A DNA stretch of 57,359 nucleotides. It comes from an uncultured Alphaproteobacteria bacterium (GTDB lineage Bacteria > Pseudomonadota > Alphaproteobacteria > CAAGCB01 > CAG-977). Within the stretch, counting starts at the first letter, position 1, and the number at the start of each line of letters is the position of its first letter. Positions 30,672 to 38,997 of this stretch are shown here, piece after piece. A model generated the notes under the pieces. That model was given only the letters and a program-made list of their open reading frames with translations. It was not told where the DNA came from and did not search any database. The translations under genes and the position numbers were made by a program. The DNA lies in the NCBI GenBank assembly GCA_944391535.1, contig CALXTY010000002.1:1-57359 (forward strand). Direction: 5' to 3'.

Positions 30672-30959
30672 ATGAAATTCAAACCGTTATTTGACCGTAT
30701 TTTGGTTAAACGCACAGCAGAGGACACAAAGACTGCCGGCGGAATTATCATTCCCGACACGGCGAAAGAAAAACCGTCAAAGGGTGAAGTGATCGCTGTC
30801 GGTACGGGTGGCCGTGACGAACAAGGCAAGACGATTCCCATGACGCTGAAAGTCGGCGATCAGGTTTTGTTCGGTAAATGGTCCGGCACGGAAGTCAAGA
30901 TCGACGGTGAAGAACTGTTGATTATGAAAGAAGCGGACGTTTTGGGTATTTTGGAATAA
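30672..30959 (+). CDS. groES: co-chaperonin GroES
   Basis: [14 protein letters not shown]...[13 protein letters not shown]. Start at ATG 30672. Confidence 0.95.
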   Translation: MKFKPLFDRILVKRTAEDTKTAGGIIIPDTAKEKPSKGEVIAVGTGGRDEQGKTIPMTLKVGDQVLFGKWSGTEVKIDGEELLIMKEADVLGILE

Positions 30960-30976
30960 TCCCGAACGTTTTTTAA

Positions 30977-32665
<1,689 letters not shown>

Positions 32666-32690
32666 TCGTCTGTTCCTCAAATGGATTAAA

Positions 32691-32715
32691 AGAGCCTCGA
32701 AAGAGGCTCTTTTTT
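32691..32715. terminator. bidirectional intrinsic terminator (groEL and the convergent Cys-rich gene)
   Basis: GAGCCTC-GAAA-GAGGCTC flanked by an A-run and T6. Confidence 0.8.
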
Positions 32716-32720
32716 ATGTA

Positions 32721-33176
32721 TTATACGCAACAACACCCCGATGATGTGGCGGCTGGTGAATACCCCGATTTGCAGGATACGCCTTCGCATCCGACAGGTA
32801 TGCAACAACACCCCGTGTCCGTCGCTTCCGCAGTTGATCCGGACAAACACGAAACGTCCGTGCAATTCGGTATCGCGTTTTCACCGTCGCAATAGGTCTT
32901 TTCGGGACAGACCAGACACAGATTGTCGGATATATACCGATCAATCGCGCAGGACAGACACGACCCGGTCGTTTTATCGCATTTTTGACAGTTTGCGTCA
33001 CAGTCAAATTCTTCGGGTGGTTTTACGATTTCCGCGGATCCTGTCGAAGTGGACAATTTAATGACGCTTTGATACGAACTGGTCGCGTTCATATTTCGTC
33101 CCAGTTTCAGAACCCTGCTTTGCGCCGGCGGGCTCAACAGCATTAAGGCGCAAACAATACAGATGCACTTTTTCAT
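32721..33176 (-). CDS. secreted cysteine-rich protein (151 aa), C-terminus ...GCCCV
   Basis: Start at ATG 33176 gives signal peptide MKKCICIVCALMLLSPPAQS. CxxC-rich mature part. Lies 11 nt downstream of the preceding Cys-rich gene. Confidence 0.6.
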   Translation of the reverse strand: MKKCICIVCALMLLSPPAQSRVLKLGRNMNATSSYQSVIKLSTSTGSAEIVKPPEEFDCDANCQKCDKTTGSCLSCAIDRYISDNLCLVCPEKTYCDGENAIPNCTDVSCLSGSTAEATDTGCCCIPVGCEGVSCKSGYSPAATSSGCCCV

Positions 33177-33187
33177 GATCGCCCGCC

Positions 33188-33934
33188 TTATTTGTTGATG
33201 CAACAACAGCCGTCGGACGACAACGTCATGCGGGACGGACACGAATTGACCGTGTTCTTTTTTGTCGGTTCGGGTTCGTCTTCGACACATTGTCCGTTCA
33301 CCGCTTTAAATCCGGAATAACAAGCGGTGCAGTAAGCGGGATTTCCGTTCGTGCACGATTTGCATGGTGCCCTGCATGGTTGGCAAATGGGATCTGTTGG
33401 ATTCATGTGAGAATAACCGTCCCGGCAGACGGGAAAAGTTGTCCCTCCCGGACACGTGGCGTTGGAAGGGCAAGACTGGCAGGAACCATTATATAAAAAA
33501 TATCCCGGTCTGCAGCTGGCGCATCTATTGCTACTGTCAACGCACGTTACGCAGGCCGGAGAACAGGGTCGGCAAGTCGTACCCTGCGGAAAGAAACCGT
33601 CCGGACAGGAAACGATTCGGTTCGTTCCGTCACAAGTCGCTCCCGCAGGGCAAGGAGCGCACTGATAGTAGGTGCTGGCGTAAAGCAAATAACCGGGATT
33701 GCAACGGACGCAGTTTTGTCCGTTTCCCACCGCGCAATTTTTATCCATACAATATACCCTGCTTCCCGAGACGGAAGAAAATTTATATCCGGCGCCGGTG
33801 CAAATTTCTGCCGGCGTTCGGGTTTCATCGCAGCCCACGGAAAAAGATCCGTCCGGCCCGCGACAGGATATTGCCAGACTGTCGGTCGGACTCAGCCATA
33901 AGGCGATTAAAATAAGAAAGAGTTTGATTTTCAT
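33188..33934 (-). CDS. secreted cysteine-rich protein with furin-like (FU/VSP-type) repeats, C-terminus ...GCCCINK
   Basis: Signal peptide, then 32 Cys by my count. Repeated C-x2-C-x2-GY(F/L)LY...C-x2-CP...ATC units (CVRCNPGYLLY..CAPCPAGATC; CASCRPGYFLYNGSCQSCPSNATC). Confidence 0.7.
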   Translation of the reverse strand: MKIKLFLILIALWLSPTDSLAISCRGPDGSFSVGCDETRTPAEICTGAGYKFSSVSGSRVYCMDKNCAVGNGQNCVRCNPGYLLYASTYYQCAPCPAGATCDGTNRIVSCPDGFFPQGTTCRPCSPACVTCVDSSNRCASCRPGYFLYNGSCQSCPSNATCPGGTTFPVCRDGYSHMNPTDPICQPCRAPCKSCTNGNPAYCTACYSGFKAVNGQCVEDEPEPTKKNTVNSCPSRMTLSSDGCCCINK

Positions 33935-33960
33935 TTGAACAATCCTTTGTTTTGTTGTTT

Positions 33961-34165
33961 AAACAAAAACCTACCCGAAAAGGTAGGCGGATGTTCGAAA
34001 ACCGTATACGTATTTACGGCTCGGCGGTTTCGCGCAAAGCCTTATAGCGCCGACATCCGCCCGTAAGACAGACAGAAATCGGCATAGATATTTACAGTCG
34101 CCATATGCATTGCGACTATACGTAAAAGGGTTTTCGAAGCCCTGAACCGTTGATTTAAACGGTCT
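33961..34165 (-). ncRNA. copy 2 of the repeated structured RNA-like leader
   Basis: The reverse complement aligns with copies 1 and 3. Compensatory TCGAAAACC/GGTTTTCGA helix. Hairpin CCTACC-TTTTC-GGGTAGG plus TTTTTGTTT lies 27 nt before ATG 33934. Confidence 0.55.
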
Positions 34166-34319
34166 GGAACAATTATATCAGGAACGTCCGTTGAATGCCA
34201 GATTTAACTCGTTGTTATGACAATTATATGAAATAAAAGAATTTTTTCGGGTTGCAATAAGTCGTCGGGCGTGTAGAGTAAAAGGTGAATTATGAATACA
34301 GTTTTTTAAGGAACAAGAA

Positions 34320-35177
34320 ATGTTAACGTTTTTGACCGGATTATCCATTGTGCTTTTATATGCCGTTCGTCCTTTTGTGTATAAGCCGGCCAGCCGTCAA
34401 TTTGACGCCGAAATTTCATCTTATTTTACGGCGCTATGGTGTTTTTTATTTATCCTTCCGACGATCCCGTTTTGTTTTAAGTATTTTTTTATAGACGGAC
34501 GTTTCGTTTTATGGCGTCCCGAAGCGATTACTTTTCCTCTTCTTAAAGGAATTTCTCTTTATTTTTTTATGAAATACAATCAGGAGGTGAATAAAGAAAG
34601 CACTTCCGGATCCGTTTTTTGGGGAGTGATCGGATTGGCTTTGGTCACCTTGATTTCGACGTTTGTTTTTCACGAACCGTTGGATTTTTCGAAACAGGCG
34701 ATGATTGTTTTGATCGGTATATTGGGGGCTTTGTTTTTTATTTTCGGCGAAGGTAAAAAGCTGAGCGCGAACGGGAAAAAAGCCTTTTTAGGGACGCTTT
34801 TTTTTGCTGTTTTAAACAATTTGTGCGACGTATTAAGCATACGTTACGCGAATTGGTACATTTTATATATGGTGCCGACGATCGGTATGTTGTTGTGCGC
34901 GATTAAACAAGTCGGGGGAAAGGTCGGCGCGAAACAGTTTTTGACGAAGCGTGATTTTATCATTGCGGGATCGCTTTACGCCGCTGGCGAAATGATTTTG
35001 ATCTTTTCGATGCAGTCTTTCTTTCCTGTTATCGTCGCCATTTTTTTAATTCGTCTGGCGCAAGGGATCGATTTGATTTTGGCCTACCATATTTCCAAAG
35101 AAGGTAAAGCGGGGGTACAATATTTCTTTGGAATATGCATAGTGGTTTTAGCGTATTTTTTCTTTTTCGGCGTTTAA
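34320..35177 (+). CDS. polytopic membrane protein, DMT/EamA-like (tentative)
   Basis: 285 aa with about 9-10 hydrophobic helices. No sharper motif recognised. Confidence 0.45.
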   Translation: MLTFLTGLSIVLLYAVRPFVYKPASRQFDAEISSYFTALWCFLFILPTIPFCFKYFFIDGRFVLWRPEAITFPLLKGISLYFFMKYNQEVNKESTSGSVFWGVIGLALVTLISTFVFHEPLDFSKQAMIVLIGILGALFFIFGEGKKLSANGKKAFLGTLFFAVLNNLCDVLSIRYANWYILYMVPTIGMLLCAIKQVGGKVGAKQFLTKRDFIIAGSLYAAGEMILIFSMQSFFPVIVAIFLIRLAQGIDLILAYHISKEGKAGVQYFFGICIVVLAYFFFFGV

Positions 35178-36331
35178 AGATTCATTAAATCGATCCGATG
35201 TTTTTCCGGATTGTACCGTAAAGCGATTTTTCCTTTTTTCATTTCCAGCGCGTCTTTGCCGAAAATTTGATAACGCCAACCTTTTAACGCGTTGATGTCG
35301 GGATTTTTTTCACCGGCGAGCATATCCAGTTCGTCCGGCGAGGCGATCAACTTTTCAGCGACATCGTTTTCGGCGGATTTAATCATCAACAACAGCCGCA
35401 ACATTTTGGAAACGGATCTGGCGGTACGGGGAAGTTCATAAGGTTTTGGCAAAACGGGATAAGACGATTCATCTCGTTGTTTAACGTCGGCGATGATTTT
35501 TAAGATGTCTTTACCCATTCTGCCGTTGGCGAATCCATGGGGCAGACCGCGCATTTTTGTCATTTCTTCAGCGTTGTCCGGTGCGTTTGCGGCGATTTCG
35601 AGCAAAATTTCATCGCGAATGATGTGCTTTCTGGGACGATTTAGGCGTTTTGCTTCGTTTTCGCGATATTCCGCCAAGGCTTGGCACATAGCCAGATAAA
35701 AAGGTTTGGTGCAGTTCAATTTCAGTCTTTTCCACGCCATGGCTGAATCGTTTTCATACGTTTTCGGATTAAGCAGAAAGGCTGTGTCATCATCGACCCA
35801 ATGAGTTCGCCCCGTTTTTTCCAAAACATCCAACATTTTTTGATAAATGTCTCTGAGATGAGTGACATCGGCCAAAGCGTAAAGGATTTGCTTTTCCGTC
35901 AAAGGGCGTCGCGCCCAATCGGTAAAGCGCATGGACTTGTCCAATTCCGTGTCCAACAGTTTTTGAACCAGATTTTGATAGCTGACGGATTCACCGAATC
36001 CGCAGACCATAGCGGCAAGCTGCGTGTCAAAGACGGGGAAGGGTGTTTTCCCCGTGAGATGATAAAAAATTTCGATATCCTGTCTTGCGGCATGAAACAC
36101 TTTGACGACATTTTCATTTTGCAACAAATCAAACAAGGACTGCAGGTCGATTCCTTGCGCCAAGGGGTCGATACAAACGGCTTCATCAACGCTGGCGATT
36201 TGGATCAGGCACAATTGCGGCCAATAAGTTTTTTCACGAATGAATTCCGTGTCGACCGTCACGAAACGGTGTTGAGCCAATCGAGAGCAAAGCAGATTAA
36301 GTTCTTCGGTTGTTTGAATAAAATGACACAT
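35174..36331 (-). CDS. rnd: ribonuclease D
   Basis: DEDD exonuclease motifs (VTVDTEF, HAARQDIEI, YALADVTHL) plus an HRDC-like C-terminal region. 385 aa. Confidence 0.85.
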   Translation of the reverse strand: MCHFIQTTEELNLLCSRLAQHRFVTVDTEFIREKTYWPQLCLIQIASVDEAVCIDPLAQGIDLQSLFDLLQNENVVKVFHAARQDIEIFYHLTGKTPFPVFDTQLAAMVCGFGESVSYQNLVQKLLDTELDKSMRFTDWARRPLTEKQILYALADVTHLRDIYQKMLDVLEKTGRTHWVDDDTAFLLNPKTYENDSAMAWKRLKLNCTKPFYLAMCQALAEYRENEAKRLNRPRKHIIRDEILLEIAANAPDNAEEMTKMRGLPHGFANGRMGKDILKIIADVKQRDESSYPVLPKPYELPRTARSVSKMLRLLLMIKSAENDVAEKLIASPDELDMLAGEKNPDINALKGWRYQIFGKDALEMKKGKIALRYNPEKHRIDLMNL

Positions 36332-36434
36332 TTTTCTTTACCGGATAAAAATAAAAACCGTTCCTGTTTTACATTTGAAAAACAAAAAAATAAAGACAGA
36401 AAAGCACCTTATTTTGCATTTTGGGATAAAGTAC

Positions 36435-36462
36435 TTGAGTTTAAAGGCGAAAGGCGTACAAT
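36435..36462 (+). promoter_or_regulatory. putative sigma70 promoter of the cold-shock gene (TTGAGT-16-TACAAT), implying a ~135-nt 5' UTR
   Basis: Hexamers and spacing read directly. Confidence 0.4.
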
Positions 36463-36602
36463 TTTTAATAAGATTTTATACTTCTCGCGATGTGTCGGCC
36501 GAAAGGCATATACAAAGAGAGTTGTTCTGTTTTACGGGACAAATATAAACTCTTCCGTTTAATTTAAACGGCTTTCTTTTTTTTATTGATGGAGATTCCG
36601 AT

Positions 36603-36806
36603 ATGCCGAACGGTAAAGTCAAATGGTTCAACAGAACAAAAGGTTACGGTTTTATTCAACCCGAAGACGGATCGAAAGACGTCTTTGTTCATATCAGTGC
36701 CGTTGAAAAAGCCGGACTGAAAACACTGAAAGAAAATCAGGAACTCAGTTACGAACTTGTGACACATAACGACAGGACCTCAGCAGAAGAACTTAAATTA
36801 ATTTAA
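36603..36806 (+). CDS. cspA: cold-shock protein, CspA family
   Basis: [31 protein letters not shown] (RNP1/RNP2 motifs). 67 aa. Confidence 0.9.
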   Translation: MPNGKVKWFNRTKGYGFIQPEDGSKDVFVHISAVEKAGLKTLKENQELSYELVTHNDRTSAEELKLI

Positions 36807-36826
36807 ATTGTTTTGCTTATTAAAAA

Positions 36827-36857
36827 AGGAACTTTGTTAATCAAAGTTCCTTTTTTT
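36827..36857 (+). terminator. intrinsic terminator after csp
   Basis: AGGAACTTTG-TTAAT-CAAAGTTCCT plus T7. Confidence 0.8.
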
Positions 36858-37024
36858 ATAAAAAATCATTAGTTTCTTTAAAAGAAAAAAGGATCGTTTT
36901 TGTAACACATTGATTTATAATGTTTTTTTATTAAGCCGCTGAAATAATAGATACAAATAATGATTGTTTTTTTATTTGTTTAATGATAATGTTTGTACAC
37001 TAAAGTAAAAAAGGGGAGGCCATA

Positions 37025-38239
37025 ATGAAGTTATTTAGAATATTTGCTTTTTTATTAGCATTTATTCCGCTGTCCGCGAAAGCGGATTTGTTTTCAATTA
37101 CATTGACGCAAAACGGTAATACCACAACGAAAGGTTTTACGTCCGTCATGGATATTTTTGATCAATACGAAGACGGCACGTTGGATACGATTTTAGCAGG
37201 GTATAATACGAATGACCCTGCAAACGGTGTTTTGGATTTTCGCGGCATTCGCATGGAGTTGAATTATACGAACGGCGGAACTTTGGGCAAACAGCTTGTT
37301 TTTAACGTTCCGGCGATCGGTATTAACGACTTAACGTTTGAAGGGGCAACACAAGAAGAAGCGTTTGACGCGTTTAAAGAATATTTAAAAACGAACCAGG
37401 ACGATTTGTTGACCAAGATTTTAAAAGAAAGTGTTTCCCATACGCCGTATGACGCCGTTGCTGGGAACCCGTCTTCTTTAATGGCGCAGATGACGGATAT
37501 CGCTTTTTCAAATCCGACGTTGAATGTGACGGAACGGGCTTTGGTGTCAGGACAGTCCGGCGGATTTGTGATTTTATCCCCTTCGGGCGGATCTCATAAA
37601 ATCAAGGGCGAAGACGGAGTTGAAAGAACAGCGACGACTTTGAATTTACCGTTGGGATACACGTTTAAATTCGATAACAATTGGGCTTTGGGAATTGATA
37701 TGCCGCTGTCTTACATCGATTTGGACGGATCTGTGACGTATGCGGCTCAATTAGGACTGAGCCTGCAAATTCCGCTATATAAAGACAAGTGGTTGTTAAC
37801 GGCTTCCGGTCGTATCGGCGCGACGGCTTCCGAAGATTCTTTATCGGGCGGCATTTTGTATATGGCTTCCGTGACCAGTAGCTATACGTTTGATATTAAA
37901 GAAACTTCCATTACGATCATCAATATGTACGGTCATGTTCAAGACTACACATTGGATGTTAAAGGATACGATATCGAATATGGTTTAAAGAACGATGTGT
38001 TTAAAAACGGCTTGGCAATCAAACAAAAGTTAAGCGAAAAAACAGCATTGACCGTTTTCGGATACGATACGCGATATACGGGATCGGATTTGTATATTGA
38101 CGCTTATGACGAAGTCGGGTTGAGCTTTACGAAATATTTTGCGGGCGACAGCTTTTTCACGGGGATAGACATTACTGCCAGCTATACGTTCGGAGATAAT
38201 TACAAAGCTTACCGTGCAGGTTTGGCCTTCTTATTCTAA
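37025..38239 (+). CDS. putative outer-membrane beta-barrel protein, function unknown
   Basis: Signal peptide (..LSAKA/DL). Alternating hydrophobic pattern in the C-terminal half and a terminal ...AGLAFLF. Confidence 0.5.
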   Translation: MKLFRIFAFLLAFIPLSAKADLFSITLTQNGNTTTKGFTSVMDIFDQYEDGTLDTILAGYNTNDPANGVLDFRGIRMELNYTNGGTLGKQLVFNVPAIGINDLTFEGATQEEAFDAFKEYLKTNQDDLLTKILKESVSHTPYDAVAGNPSSLMAQMTDIAFSNPTLNVTERALVSGQSGGFVILSPSGGSHKIKGEDGVERTATTLNLPLGYTFKFDNNWALGIDMPLSYIDLDGSVTYAAQLGLSLQIPLYKDKWLLTASGRIGATASEDSLSGGILYMASVTSSYTFDIKETSITIINMYGHVQDYTLDVKGYDIEYGLKNDVFKNGLAIKQKLSEKTALTVFGYDTRYTGSDLYIDAYDEVGLSFTKYFAGDSFFTGIDITASYTFGDNYKAYRAGLAFLF

Positions 38240-38298
38240 GATGTCTTTTGACATCATAAGGGACTAAGCGATATACTAAAATAAAAAAAGGAGATTTA

Positions 38299-38970
38299 AT
38301 GTTTAAATTCCTCATCGTTATTTTATGTTTATCGCTTTTTCCTTGTGACGTTTTTTCAAGAGCCGTTAAGTTGGGCAGTAAGGCTGGTCAACAAAAAAAT
38401 TTGACTTTTTCATTACCTACGGCTTCGGTAAAAACATCCGGTATTTCCTGTTTTGAAAATGAAGACTGCGCCTATGATCAGGAATGTGTCGCGTTACAGT
38501 GTGTTAATGTTTGTAAAAGCAACGCGTGTCTTGACGGGACATATTGCGCTCCGGCAGGTAAAGATAAACCGCATCAGTATCAGTGCGCCGAATGCGTTGT
38601 GAATTCTCATTGTTCTGACGGTATGTTTTGTGATCGGGATTATACGTGTAAATATCCCGATCCGTGCGCCAATGCGGTTTGTTCTCCGGCGGCACCCCAT
38701 TGCTTGCCAAAACCGTATAAGTCTTTGCCCTATACTTGCGTACAGTGTACTCAAGACGATCATTGTCCGCCGGTGGCGGGTTTGACCAGACGTTGTGTTG
38801 ACGGGTATTGTCTGTTTAATGTTGAAGGCAACATTCCGACGCAACCGGCAGAGCAGGAAAACCCTTCTGTTCAGGCGGGACAACCCGTTCAGCAACAGCC
38901 TCCAGCAAAAGAATATTATGATGAAGATCTTTATCCGTATGAAGACGAATACGAAGATATGTCTTATTAA
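38299..38970 (+). CDS. secreted cysteine-rich protein with acidic Tyr/Glu/Asp-rich tail
   Basis: Signal peptide. Repeated ..C....DC......C....C.. modules. P/Q-rich linker, then EYYDEDLYPYEDEYEDMSY. Confidence 0.55.
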   Translation: MFKFLIVILCLSLFPCDVFSRAVKLGSKAGQQKNLTFSLPTASVKTSGISCFENEDCAYDQECVALQCVNVCKSNACLDGTYCAPAGKDKPHQYQCAECVVNSHCSDGMFCDRDYTCKYPDPCANAVCSPAAPHCLPKPYKSLPYTCVQCTQDDHCPPVAGLTRRCVDGYCLFNVEGNIPTQPAEQENPSVQAGQPVQQQPPAKEYYDEDLYPYEDEYEDMSY

Positions 38971-38974
38971 AAAA

Positions 38975-38997
38975 GCCCCGCTCAGGGGCTTTTTTTT
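38975..38997. terminator. bidirectional intrinsic terminator (Cys-rich gene and the convergent flgL)
   Basis: GCCCC-GCTCA-GGGGC flanked by an A-run and T-run. Confidence 0.8.

Noticed and set aside
33364-33915. 183-aa and smaller plus-strand ORFs opposite the Cys-rich gene.
   Set aside because: The minus-strand frame has a signal peptide, regular Cys repeats and a near-identical paralog at 57147. The plus-strand products are Arg-rich shadows.
35801-36562. 253-aa ORF antisense to rnd.
   Set aside because: It overlaps the well-supported RNase D frame, and the product has no recognisable features.
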